Shown here: positions 30,030 to 43,568 of the stretch, piece by piece
Layout of the letters: every line of letters starts with the position of its first letter
Position numbering within the stretch: the stretch's first letter is position 1
Source: Eledone cirrhosa
Taxonomy: Eukaryota
DNA: 64,000 bases
Assembly: GCA_964016885.1 (NCBI GenBank)
Contig: OZ024740.1
Coordinates: 403,062,001-403,126,000, forward strand
Direction: 5' to 3'
Translations under genes and position numbers: made by a program
Notes under the pieces: generated by a model
What the model was told of the DNA's origin: nothing
Database searches by the model: none
The model's input: only the letters and a program-made list of their open reading frames with translations

Positions 30030-33000
30030 GTTTCTTTTATTTGCCACTAGGGCATCAAAAGTGGGACAAGTACAAAGGGGGGAGTTTACACAAAAAGGCG
30101 TCCTCAATAAGGAGGAGGCAATAACAAAATATAAAAATAAAATAAGATATAACAAAAAATAAAATTTTTAACAAAATCCTCAATAGAGAGGAGGCGCCTT
30201 GGGGGGTCGCACACACCCCCGAAAAAAGTGTGCAACCCTTTTCCTCAGGAGCACAGAGAGGGGGTGCTCCCTCGTTCCTTCCTCTTTTCCACCTACAGGC
30301 TTATGTAAAGAGAAGGCCCATTCACACGGGCCATTCTCGCCACTTTCACCCACCTTTCATAAAAACGACTGGGGTGCAGCACCTCTCTCTCCATCCTGAT
30401 CCTTCTTCCGAAATGATATCGGAAGAAACGGACCAGTTGTTGGCCAGAGAGAAAGGTGCCTGACCTCAGTCCTTTCAGACGCGTCCACCATACAACCTCT
30501 TTCGCCATGGCTATTACGCACAGAAACACCGCCTCTGCTTCATCTTTGAAGGGGGGAGGCGGCTTGATCATTACAATAGACTCGGTGGTCAACCGGATCG
30601 GTCCCACCCTTGACAGCAGTTGTTCGACATAGCCCCACAGATCGGCTACGCCCGAGCAGTGTACCAATGCGTGTGCAACGGTTTCCTCGTCGCACACGCA
30701 TCTGGGACAGATCTTTTTGGCGGGGTCCCTACCCGGGCGCCCGTGTCTGTAGAGCCTTTCTCGAACGGGTAAAGCCCCTCGGTAGCACTGCCAGGCCAGG
30801 GACTTCTGGAAGTTGTCCATAGGTCCCGGGCTGAATGTCCTACCGAACAGGCTGGCCAGTTCGTCCTCCTCCATGTCTAGGGCTTCTCCGGGGGCGCCGT
30901 CGCACCTGCTGCGTACCAGCCCTCTATAGAATGTTGCGGTGGAGTCTCCACTGATAACCGGATCCGCCTGCCAGAGGGCGGTGAGCGCCTGGGCACACTC
31001 AGTGTGCCAGGCGCCCAGTTTTCTCGGTCTTTGCTTGACCCAGGATTGCAGTTCGGTGAGTGAGACGAGTCTGGGAAAGGTTCGTCTCACAAACGAGGCC
31101 CACACCGGTTGTCCGGTGAGGAATACGTAGAGGTGCCGTAGCCTTAATGCGTGTTTACGCATCATTAGCCACGGCATCCCCAGCCCTCCTTTCGAAGGGT
31201 GTTGACAGCAGATGGATCTCCTCACCATAGGAGCCCGCCCCTTCCAAAGGAATTGGAAGAGCGCGCGCTCCATCTTGGTGAGGGTTTCCCTTGGGCAGGG
31301 CACTACGGTCAGGCGGTAGTAGATGACGGACGCTATATAAGTGTTCGCCACCTCCGCCCGACCTTTCAGGGATAGTTTGCAACTGGCCCACTTCTGGGTC
31401 AGTGCAAACACCCTGTTCGTAACCTCCGCCCAGTTTTTCTCCACCTGGAGGTCCGGTCCGAACCAGACCCCGAGCAACTTCACCGGGCCCTCCGTCCAGC
31501 GTCCGACGACGCCATCGGAGGGCATCGGTCTGCCCCTCCACGTGCCGAGTTGCAAACCGATCGACTTGTCCCGGTTCAGCTTAGCCCCTGTGAACTTTTC
31601 GTACTCCTCCAGTAAGGTGCCGACCGCCTCGATTTCGGAGGCCGTCGGCACCATTACTGTCACATCATCGGCGTAGGCTGACACCGCTTTCCGCAATCCC
31701 GGTTCCAAAGGGATGCCCTGCAACAACTCCAACTTCCGCAGTAGTGGCTCGAGAGTCAACACATACAGAAGGGAGGAGAGAGGGCACCCTTGTCGGATGG
31801 ACCGCGCGATTTTGAACGGCTCCGAGAGGTAGCCGTTCACCTTGACCCTAGAGCAGATGCGGCTGCTGTGCATGGCATTGATCCAGCTCCTGAAAACGGG
31901 TCCGAAGCCTGCCGCCGCTAGCACCGCATCCAGGTAACCATGGTCAACCCTATCGAACGCCTTATATTGATCCAAGTTGATCAGAGCCCCACCAAAGCCG
32001 GGTTCGTTCCCAACCCTCTCTATGATGTATCGCATGAGGTGAAGGTTGTCGTGGATGGACCTGGACGGGATAGCACATGTCTGCGCATCTCCCACCAGGT
32101 TGCCCACGACAAGCCCCAACCTCTTTGCTAGAACCTTGGACAAAATCTGTAACTCTGTATTTAGCAGGGTTATGGGCCTGAAATTATTTATATCGTCCAC
32201 TTTGTTTACGTCCTTCCTCACTAGCGTGACTACGCCCTTGGTCACAGCACAGGGAAATTCTCCCGTTCTGTTGCTAGTTGCAGTAGACCGCCTCGAGGAG
32301 ATCGGGGAACAAGTCCAGCATAGCTAGATATAGTTCGTATGGAAGACCATCGAGACCCGGGGATTTGCGTTTGCCGCATTGGCTCAGCACGTCCTCTATC
32401 TCAGCGGCTGAAATTGGCTCTTCGCAGGACTTCGCCTCCCTGACCGAGAGACGCGGCAGGCCGTCGAGGTATGGATCGAATTCCACATCCCCAACCGGTT
32501 CCCCGCCCCTTCCGGACAATCTGGCAAAGTGCTTTTTAAAAGCCTCGTACATCAAGGATCACCCGTCCATCCTGGTCTCGCAAAGACCGGATAGTGGATC
32601 TAATCCCCCTTTTGGCTTCTGTCACGCGGGCCCAGCTAACAGCTTTGGTCCCCTCGTTTCCCAGAGCACGTATTTTGCTTCGGACGATGCAGCCTTCGTG
32701 TTTCGCGTCGAAGAACTGGCCCAGGGCCGTTCTCGACGCTAGCACTCTAGCCACGTCGCCGCTTTTAATTGCCTCTTCTACACTATCTACCAACTCCCTT
32801 TCCTTCCTATTTCGATTTGAGGCTAACTCCTTACTAAATTCTATAGAGACCTGCTGTTGACGATGGTGCCCGTCAACCGCTCCTTAACTACAGTGTTAAT
32901 CGGGTCCCTGTAAGCCTTACTTGCTGGTAAGGACAAGTTGAGCTTCCAGTAACCGGGTCCCTGTCTATGCGTTCTGTCAAGGTTGACCATGCAGGTCACT

Positions 33001-34212
33001 AACTTGTGGTCTGAATAGCCAACCATGAGCATTTTGGACAACTTAAAAAGTCCTTATCCTTATTTCTAACTAAGAACCTATCTAGGTACGACCTAGATGA
33101 TCCGCTGCGGTTTGCCCAAGTCCAGGTTGGCGCAGTCGGAAAATCTAGTCGATATCTATCGGCCAGGTCAAATCGACCGATTAACCCTTTGAGGCTGTTA
33201 CACCCCTCTCTATCGGGACAGGCCCCTACGTAGTCCCAACGTGCATCTAGGATACCATTCCAGTCCCACACTAATAGTAACGAGCGGGACGTCCCTAGAA
33301 AAGTCTCCAGACGATGGAAGAAGTCTGGCCGCGTTGACTCGAAAGGGCCGTAGACGGCTACCAGCCTAAACGCTCCGCCTTCACCACTGCCAAGGTCCAG
33401 AACCACTAGTCGACCCTCCGGGTTCAAATCTACCGTCTGTGTTGCGAGACCCATATGTTTTTGCAGCAGAACGACAACCCCACCCCCACCACCGGGCTGA
33501 CAGAGAAATGAGTGCATCTCAAAATCATCAAAGGAGGGGGCCAGCTGTCGCACGTTGCTGATCCGGGCCTCGCAAATAACCATCACATCTATACGTTGTG
33601 ACCTGAGGTCATTTAGAAGCATTGCTTGCTTCCAAGTTGAGCCCTGGCCACGCACATTTAGACAGCCTACTCTTAGCATAGCCATGATGGTGGTGAAGAG
33701 AAAAGGCACTTACCTCTCTGCGTCCCGGGTATCGGGCTGCAGAATTTCCATGAGGGTGGGGGATGGGTTGTTGGGTGGGGTGGTGGTTTGTGGAAGTGTA
33801 GGGGCATCAGTGTGTTGTGTGGTTGGGGTATTTGGAGTTGTGAGGGTGTTTGGGGAGGGGAGCGGGACATTTTTTAGGAGGACGCGGTTAATGGGCCCGA
33901 CGCAGGAGGGCCACGTCCTCTTTAAAATTGTTTTTTAGTGTTTTATATGTGTCCTCTGGGGCCTTAATCATTTTGAGGTGGAGGAAATCCCCTGCCTGGG
34001 TGAAGTTAGGCCCTTGGGTTTTTACTAAATTGTTGTTGTACACAATGTTTAACAGTTTTTTTTATTTCTTGTGTTTATGTATGTGTATGCATGTTTTTGT
34101 TTTTGTGTGGTGTTTTTCGTTTGCTGTTGTTGTTTGTTCTTTTGTGTTAGTGTCTGTGTTATGTTTTGGGGAGGGGTTGTTTTCATTTGTGTGTCTGAGG
34201 TGTGTTTTCTTT
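30029..34212 (-). mobile_element. Tx1-like copy C, 5'-truncated, ORF2 frameshifted (30293-33685)
   Basis: 3' part nearly identical to copy B; APE and N-terminal RT split over several ORFs. Confidence 0.92.
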
Positions 34213-34375
34213 CAAGGGCAACCAAGGCATATTATGGTGCGCTTTCATCAGATAAAATACAAATTTGTTTTATTAATAAATATTGACATACCCTTGGTAT
34301 ATATAATAAAATAATTATGGTTTTATAAATATAGTTTCCATTTATTAATATATTGTATATATATATATTTTTTTT

Positions 34376-34570
34376 TTAAATAACAGGTCAAGTTTAAGCA
34401 AAGAATCGCTGCTTTCGCCCATAACAGAATCTTCTAAAAGCGATTTTTGCTTAAACTTTTATCTGTTATTTTAATAAATGTTCGCTCTATGGTTCTTATA
34501 TATTTTATATATATTTATCCTTCTCGAGTCCTCTTTTGGATTTTAGTCTTCTCATTTATTATCATTACTA
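34376..34570. mobile_element. Fold-back element, CAGAAGA hammerhead family (diverged)
   Basis: AGTTTAAGCAAAGAATCGCTGCTTTC, then inverted GCGATT..TTGCTTAAACT, then a tail as at 58195-58279. Confidence 0.7.
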
Positions 34571-34789
34571 TATATATATATTGTGTGTGTGTCTGTGTCT
34601 GTTTCTATGTCCTGTTAGGTTGTGTGGGTATCTGTGTGTGTGTGTGTGTGTGTGTGTTTCTGTGTAAATATATATGTTGTTCCATTTGGTGATGGCCATG
34701 TTGCCAGCAGAGCAAAAAAAGAAAAAAACACGCACCACATGATTTTCACTTTTCCACTTTATTTTTATTACTATTTATTGTTTAGTTTG

Positions 34790-35722
34790 TCAAGCAGAAA
34801 CTGCTGCGCTGAACAATCTCCACTCTATTTCAACGTCCTCAGTTTGCTCAGGGAGTTCTCTGGATTTGGATGCAATAGTATCTTCATACCTGGTCTTGAC
34901 TTCCTTACCAATGTTTCTCCCGTTATCCTGTAGGTCGCAAGGGGCCTGCCAGTTTTGTGTGCTACTTTGGTAGTCTCAACTTACAGATAACTAGATGGTT
35001 ATCAGTTGGCAGCTCAACCTGTCTATTAACACGAACATCCAGCACAGAATTGAAGTGACCAGAAACAATAACAAAATCAATTATTGATCTCTGTCCCTGA
35101 TTCCCATTGTACCATGTATATTTATGGATGTCTTTGTGTTGGAAGTTTCATAATCGAGAGTTAATTGATAAAACAGACGTCTAGTACGGCCTCTGCATTT
35201 GTATTTATATCGGGATTGCCGTTCCTCCCAATCACTCCTTTCCATGTCAGGTGGTCAGTGCCAATATGTTCGCTGAAGTCTCCCATCACGATATATGTTC
35301 AGCCTTAACTACATCTAAAGCTGCAGTGATTTCATCAAGGAAGGACGTGTTTCATAAACTTACACCACCCACAGAAACCTATCTTTCAGCCTAAGCTTCC
35401 AGCGACAAATTCTCCCTTCTAATGGGATCCAGCCCATAACACATTGTGACACCCGGGCGCCTGGGGGTAACCCCACAGTCACCTGTTCAGTCATTTCTTG
35501 CACCGTCCATGAATAGTGGATTTTTTATCCTCCATCCAAATCTACAGTATCAGAGTCACAGAACTTTTTTTAGTAAATCCCGAGTATATCTAGCCGGTGG
35601 CATCTAGCCTTCTCCACTAGTTTCTGCCTCCTTACCTGTAAGGGTTGTAATGTAGCTCCCAAGAAAACAAGAAAACACTCACAACCCAGTGATGTAGCTA
35701 CGACGAGGCGAGTAAAGGCCAC
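34790..35722 (-). mobile_element. RTE-like LINE 5' fragment (5' UTR + degenerate APE)
   Basis: Minus-strand DFSEHIGTD, NTNAEAVLD, SIIDFVIV, DNHLV; 5' end shared with 56648-56712. Confidence 0.7.
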
Positions 35723-35725
35723 CTC

Positions 35726-35791
<66 letters not shown>

Positions 35792-35851
35792 AAATAATTA
35801 AGTCAAATATGTAAAATTTGGCGTCGTTTATTATAAATTAAAAATTACTGC

Positions 35852-36156
35852 TATATATATTTCGGTGACAGCCAGGATTGGCTGTGATCTCTTCAGGCAC
35901 TCCGAATTGGTGTGGAAAAGAAAGGTACACATGTTGTTGAAGTGTGTTTTACTCCGTCAATACATCGATATGTCCAGCTCCTGGTTGTGTTGTTATTTCT
36001 CTGAGGAACTGGAATCATAAGATTAACAACACAACCAGGAGCTGGACATATCGATGTATTGACGGAGTAAAACACACTTCAACAACATGCGTACCTGTCT
36101 TTTCCACACCAATTCGGAGTGCCTGAAGAGGTCACAGCCAATGATGGCTGTCACCG

Positions 36157-36168
<12 letters not shown>
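35852..36168. mobile_element. Fold-back element (~140-bp arms, ~28-nt loop) with a hammerhead core at each end
   Basis: CTGAAGA(36123-36129)-GGTCACAGCC aatgat GGCTGTCACC-GAAA(36156-36159)-TATA; mirrored at ~35860-35897. Confidence 0.85.
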
Positions 36169-36219
<51 letters not shown>

Positions 36220-36221
<2 letters not shown>

Positions 36222-36697
36222 AGAGTTAAACAAGGTTCAATGAATACATCAAAGAATGAGTTTTACAATAGATTGTAAATCATCTTTCATCTGTCTTCTC
36301 AAGCCACCTACTAAATATATTATCACATCAGCTGTTTCTTCCTCTATGCTTTCCTTTGCCTCTTCTTTCTCCAGTAGTTTTTAAAAATTAAAAATGTTAT
36401 AACTGTTATATTGATGCCATGTAGTTTTTAAATCTATTACACACACTCTCTCTATTGTTTGTATTATATAAATCTCATGTTCTCAATATTAGGGTATAAA
36501 TATTGAGTTTTGTCATAAGTTAATCACTATCTTGATTGAATCTTAACCATCTACTATGTCAGGGTATGTCATGTATCATTTTATTTTATTTGATGAGGAC
36601 GTACTGTTGATCTTAACTCAGTACCTCTGAAATATGTATAATAAAATATAATTGATCACAGGAATATCTATTTTGTTAATATTTTGAATTAATATTA
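36220..36697 (+). mobile_element. PLE-type terminal repeat with inverted tail and mutated hammerhead core (TTGATGA)
   Basis: 36278-36697 is a direct repeat of 41832-42250; 36220-36275 is the reverse complement of 42285-42340. Confidence 0.7.
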
Positions 36698-36714
36698 TAT
36701 ATATATATAAATGG

Positions 36715-37110
36715 AATAGAATGAAACGAAATTTCATTTCCTACTCTTAGTACGGCAGTTACTTAAATGTAAGTATGTATGTATACGTACATACATATAT
36801 GTATACAGACGTACAGTAGTATGTATATATATATACATACATGCACACATATATATATGCACGTATCGGTTTACCGAACATTTATTATAATGTTCGGTTT
36901 GTTTGTAAAGAAACAGCCCGAATTACGCCGTACAGTGTTTAGGCAACCACGTCACCTTTTTGTTCAACACTGACACAGGAACGATGTACTAGTTTCAATC
37001 TTATTAGCTATCGTCAGCATCGTATACCTTCCTGCCAGATGGTTGAACGTCTGAAAGTATATACTTTCCTTATGCATATTAACGGCTGAACAGCCTAATT
37101 TGCATATCGA
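36715..37110 (-). mobile_element. Non-palindromic copy of the 10022-10692 family; hammerhead at 36970-37038
   Basis: Minus strand ACGATG-CTGACGA-stem-GAAAC TA GTA^-CATCGT. Confidence 0.8.
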
Positions 37111-37213
37111 GTGAGTTTAGTCGGCCGGGCGCATATATATATATATATTTACATATGTATATATATATATGTGTGTGTGTGTGTGTATGTATATATATAT
37201 ATATATATATATA

Positions 37214-37310
<97 letters not shown>

Positions 37311-37840
37311 TCTCTCTCTCTCTCTCTCTGTATGTACGTGTATTTTTTTCCTTTTTTACATTTCGCACTCACATTTTCAGCTCAAACTTTATTAATATGT
37401 TAATGTTTCCTCCTACAGCCAGACATTTCATTTATTTCCCTCCGTCTTTCAATTTTCTTTTTGTAGGTCTTTTTACTTTCTAAACTCTATTATTTTGGTT
37501 GAATATCAAATTGGTTTCCTGTCAGAAATTTCTTTCTATTAAGAATATTGGGAGTCATTTTCGGTTTCGGGGTAACTGAAAGATAGGGACTAATAAATTG
37601 TATCTTTTTACTTCATCACAGTATTATATTTTATGTAGTTACCTTGTTCTTTTTCTTTTGTCCACTTTCTACTTCTTGTTGATGCTGTTATTATTTTCAC
37701 TATATTTATTCGGATGATTGTACAATGATTTATTTATGAATGAATCAGTATGAGTTATTCGAAACACACATCACATACACACATACATGCATGCATACAT
37801 AGATTTATGTACACGCACACACACACATATTATATATATA

Positions 37841-37923
<83 letters not shown>

Positions 37924-37925
37924 TT

Positions 37926-37970
<45 letters not shown>

Positions 37971-38005
37971 TATATATATACACACACATATATATATATA
38001 TATGT

Positions 38006-38107
<102 letters not shown>

Positions 38108-39240
38108 CTTAAAACCAAAGCCACCATCAAATAGATGGTGCTGGGCTGAGTCAAGAGAGAGATTCTTCGCGTTTGAGCAATAAGTATCGTTGTGACATGC
38201 TGTGTGTGTGTCTGTCTGTCTGTGTGTGTGTGTGTGAGTGAGTGTGTCTGTGTATTTGTGTGTATGTTTTTGAGTGTGTATTTGTGTTTATGCGTTTCTG
38301 TGTATGTGTGTATATCAGTGTGTCTCTGCGTGTGTTCGTGTATATATATGACATGATATATAAAAGGAAAAATTATGTTTATTTAATTCGACTTTGGCAA
38401 GATTGAATTTATTTATTACAACCTTTTTATAGGATATGAGATGATGGACGGTTGAGTTCCGTTTATTTTTTTGTTTTTGTTTTTGTGTTTTTTCATTTTT
38501 TTTTTTATCGTCCTTTTTTTAAGCAGATAATTTGTGGGTGAAGATATCGGCATATGTGTCAGATTCTCTATCGTAGGGTTCATTTTTATTTTCATTTTTT
38601 TTTCTCTATTCTACTTCTAGGCAATATTTCCACCGGGTGGCAAGTTGAAATATGCACATTGAAAGGGTATGGCGTGCATAGATTTTATTCGGATCAGAAT
38701 GGAAATATAATAATTATTTATAAGCTATCCTTTTACCTTTTACAAAATCTGACGGTATAACTACAATTCATCATAACACCTACGTATGTATAACACCTCG
38801 AGTTTCTTTTCTAGTTTATGCATGCTAGTACTTTTCACACATACTTAAAAGAATTTGTAATATTTTTATTAATAACTTATAGCTATGCTTAGCTGACATT
38901 AAGTCCTTTATTTATTTGTCAATGCTCTCATTTTTAATATTTCTGTGAGCCGATTTTTTCTGCTAAATTTAAGGGACTTTGTAATTTTTATTCAAAATGT
39001 CTCTCTCATTCGTAAATAGGTTTGATACTTGCTCTGTATCATACAGACATTATAATTCATGTCTTCAGAAACTCTATTGAGGCCGCGGTTTATTATACTT
39101 ATGATTGGCTTTGATATTAGTTTTTCAATCTATTTTTCTACATGTATGTGCCTTTTGTGAGACATTTGTAAAAGCATAATTTCAATGATCTGCATTATAT
39201 CCATACATATGTGCATCCACATGGTAAGAATGATCTATTA

Positions 39241-39281
<41 letters not shown>

Positions 39282-39530
39282 GTACAATCTGGACACACTC
39301 ACACACACCTTGGTATTATGCCAATACTATATATCATTTCACACCTTTTATTATTAAGGTTCTTGATGTTCTATTGAGAGAATGGATTTTAATGAAAATA
39401 TCGAATAATGTACACCATTTCACCAGTACCACAAAAATAAATACTGAACCACCCACACACACACGTGTATGCGCACACACGCACATATATACACACACAC
39501 ATACACACGCGTACATTAACATACAAAGAG

Positions 39531-39606
<76 letters not shown>

Positions 39607-39715
39607 ACACTTCTCCGTATAAGACAAGAGCTGAAAAATATCTTTTAACATGTTAAAATATCCCCCACACACAGACACATTCCTACTGACCATCCCTCTA
39701 CCACGAATTACTCTG

Positions 39716-39750
<35 letters not shown>

Positions 39751-40259
39751 TCTTAATAGGCATTTGAACTGTCAACAGGCTGCGGTTCGCACACGCATCC
39801 CTGCTGACCATTATCACAACAACGAACCTCTTTACTACTACTACACACACACATATTTGTTTTGAAAGACTTATTTTTCAGTGACTTCTCAATCAGCCGA
39901 CACAAACCTACGTTTGGCGCAAAATCAATTTTTAACATTCACATGACCTCTACCGACCAATCAAAATTGTTTTGACCACAAGAATTTTTGCAACACGAAT
40001 TGGCGCAAAACTTATTTTAATACCGCTGGAGCCACTTTTTTAACATAAAAACAGGTAGAATTTCCAAAACTAATCAGATTAGAGCAAATATCACGGACGC
40101 TCTATCTCAAAATTATTTTTGAAAAGCATTAGAAATGCGCAACCGGTAAAACTTAAAACCAAAACTGAATACTAACCAATACTATTACTAATTCTCACTT
40201 ATTCCTAATTAAACTATTTTTCACTGTGAACAATTTGTCAGCATTTTCTTTTCCGTTTA

Positions 40260-40346
<87 letters not shown>

Positions 40347-40371
40347 TTATATATATTAATTCATATATATA

Positions 40372-40577
40372 TTAATTCACTTTTTTTGTTAATTAAGTTT
40401 TAATAATTATTAATTATTAATAGGGTCTCCTTTGTACAGAGGCTGCAGTTAATTGATATTGAAAAGTTGATATAAACTCCACTATTACAAAGCTTCGTCC
40501 AAAAGATCGAGTATTAATAATTAATAATAATTAATAATTAATAATTATTAAAACTTAATTGACAAAAAAAGTGAATT
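40372..40577. repeat. AT-rich inverted repeat
   Basis: AATTCACTTTTTTTGTTAATTAAGTTTTAATAAT / ATTATTAAAACTTAATTGACAAAAAAAGTGAATT. Confidence 0.75.
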
Positions 40578-41831
40578 ATTCTCAAACTGCCTTCATAAAG
40601 ATTTGTCTACTTTCCAAGCCTCGCAAAAAGTCAGGAAAAAACAGTAAGCAATCAAGCCTGTTTTTCGACGTCTATCATCAATTGTTGAACATATAAGTCA
40701 TAACGGTTTATAAAACTTTAATAATGCTTTATCTTCTAATCATTTATAATGGAATTAATGTTTGAATGAATGACACTTGTTTTGATAACTTGTTTACTTG
40801 ATGGATATGCTTACCCTATGGGGTTTTTTTTTATATTTTTAACTTTGATTCGGATTTTTATTTTTCTGTCTCTGTTTTAAATATATAGTTTAGATATCTA
40901 ACTAGTAAATTTACTGATTATAACTTGGACTGTGGATCATTCATGCGTTTGCATATTTTATATATATATATAAATATTTTACTCATTTTGAGATGTTTTT
41001 GGGGGACTCAGAAAGTTGGATTTGCACTTTGTTTTTTATGTATATCTAACAAACCATAATAGCTGACAAATATGGGTCTATCTCTCCACTGAACTGGAGG
41101 TAAAACTACAATTATAACATTACTAACATTGAGTATAATTATTATTCTTTATTAAATGTATACCGTTTCATTAATACCTATATATAGTTTGTACAAATAT
41201 CTTTATCTAGTGTAATATCATAATCGTAGTTACATTTATAAATAATTTAAACACTCAAATGACATTATGTATTATTATAAGTGTTTGGTTTTCCCTGGAA
41301 GGGCGAACTTATATAATCATTTACTTAATACAATATATGAACAAATAATAAACTATAATCTTAGTATATTATGATCAATACATATATATAGTTGAAAATT
41401 CTGACTTCTTTAAGTTTAATTATAAGGCCGGTTGATACTTTAGGCACTCAAACCATGTAACAATAAATTCTTTAATAGTTATAACTATAAATATCTTATA
41501 AATTATATTATAGAAACTGTTGCCAATATTATAAGTAATTTTGATAAAGATTACCTTCGTGGGGATATGAAACACTATATATATATACTTTCTTTATTTC
41601 TCGGGTTTCGTAAATCCTTTAAATTTGTTTTCATAAATTTTAATTTTAGAAATCTAACATAATTATATTATAATATTAATACATATACCTATTAACTTTT
41701 AAAACCTAAACTTTGATTCTTTAGCTTGAAATAACATAAATTAAATATTTTGAAAATTAACCATATATAAGAATCTCTGTGTGTAGACACTTGAACATAA
41801 ATTACTCCCCTTTGTCTCTCTCTCTCTCTTT

Positions 41832-42336
41832 AATCATCTTTCATCTGTCTTCTCAAGCTAAATACTGGATAAGTTATCACATCAGCTGTTTCTTCCTATA
41901 TGCTTTCCTTTCCCTCCTCTTTCTCTAGTAGTTTTCAAAATTAAAATTCTATAACTGTTATATTGATGCCATGTATTTCTTAAAATATATTACTCACACT
42001 CTCTCTATTGTTTGTATTACGTTTTCTCATGTTCTCAATATTAGGGTATAAATATTGAGTTGTGTCATAAGTTAATCACTACCTTGATTAAATCTTAACC
42101 ATCTACCATGTCAGGGTATGTCATGTATCATTTTATTTTATCTGATGAGGACGTACTGTTGAACTTAATTCAGTACCTCTGAAATATGTATAATAAAATA
42201 TAATTGATCACAAGAATATCTATTTTTTAAATATTTTGAATTAATATTAATAACTCTGGAAAATATTTTTGTAGAGTGCTTCCCATCTATTGTAAAACTG
42301 ATTCCTTGATGTATTCATTGAATCTTGTTTAACTCT

Positions 42337-42340
<4 letters not shown>
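41832..42340 (+). mobile_element. PLE-type terminal repeat with hammerhead (~42130-42200)
   Basis: CTGATGA(42142-42148)-GGA.GTACTG..CAGTAC.TCT-GAAA(42181-42184)-TATGTA-TAATAAAA; ends in (TA)n. Confidence 0.7.
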
Positions 42341-42396
<56 letters not shown>

Positions 42397-42400
<4 letters not shown>

Positions 42401-43339
42401 TAATGAAATGACAGGAGGCTGGATTTGTGTAAATCCTTGAAAGGTTTATTATACTATGATCATTTCAATGACCGGGTTCCGTATGAATCCGGTGATATCA
42501 TCAGGTATTCGAAATATAATACGTGAATGTAATAGATAAAATCCATGGGGCTGAAAATCGAGGACCCGAGGGCGATCGCTATCCTGTACCTTCTACTTTA
42601 GCCGGTCGCCCTCGAGTGACGTGGCTAAAGTTTACAGTGTGCTACTACCGGTCAGATAAAGGAAAACAGAAAGGGATGGGAACATAAGTTAGTGTTAATC
42701 TCATGCCACAAGACAAAAGAAAGAAAGAAAGGAGGGAGAGATAAGAAGGGGGAAGGAAGAAGAAGAGAAGCCAGGGTTAATGTCAGCTATAAGAAGAAAG
42801 ACAGAAAGAAAGAGGAGGAAAGGTCGGTATTACAGTCAGGCCAGAATTGTCGCGAAGAAATTTTTTTTTATTCTACGGGACCCGTATCTAAACAACTACT
42901 ACCGGTCAGATATAGGCAAACAAAAGGAGGAAGGAAGATAAGTCTGACCGGTAGTAGCACACTGTAAGCTTTAGCCACGTCACTCGAGGGCGACCGGCTA
43001 AGGTAGAAGGTACAGGATAGCGATCGCCCTCGGGTCCTCGATTTTCAGCCCCATGGATTTTATCTATTACATTCACGTATTATATTTCGAATACCTGATG
43101 ATATCACCGGATTCATACGGAACCCGGTCATTGAAATGATCATAGTATAATAAACCTTTCAAGGATTTACACAAATCCAGCCTCCTGTCATTTCATTATA
43201 ATATTTAACTCCGTAATAGCACCAGCAACTACAAAAACAGAGACGGTTGAACTGCTTTACGTTGAGTACTCTCTATATTATTACATTACGATTGACCATA
43301 CGGAATAGACCAGCTCTATCAAGTGGTGAACCTCAAACC

Positions 43340-43345
<6 letters not shown>
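42397..43345. mobile_element. Large young fold-back element (260-bp arms 42397-42656 and 42943-43202, ~285-bp spacer, ~140-nt tail)
   Basis: Arms differ at only about 2 positions by eye; flanked by (TA)n on both sides. Confidence 0.9.
43091..43148 (+). ncRNA. Hammerhead ribozyme motif (mirror copy at 42451-42508, minus)
   Basis: ATAC-CTGATGA-ATCACCGG..CCGGTCAT-GAA-ATGATCAT(palindrome)-A^-GTAT-AATAAA. Confidence 0.88.
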
Positions 43346-43382
<37 letters not shown>

Positions 43383-43474
43383 CGAAGGAAATGTGGTAAG
43401 GAACCAGGTGGACCATAACGCACCAAAGTACTCAATACTTAGGGTAGTAGAGTGGGTAATAGGAACGAGTAGGA

Positions 43475-43568
43475 CCCCGACGGCTGAGCTCAAGCCGTTT
43501 CGACGGCTAATTCTCGACTAAATGAACATTTTTATCCTGGTATATGAATAGCCGAGCTTCTCAGGGGG
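43475..43568 (-). ncRNA. Hammerhead motif (N7 deleted)
   Basis: CCCC-CTGAGA-..CGGCTA...TAGCCG..-GAAACGGC ttgagctca GCCGTC^-GGGG. Confidence 0.65.
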
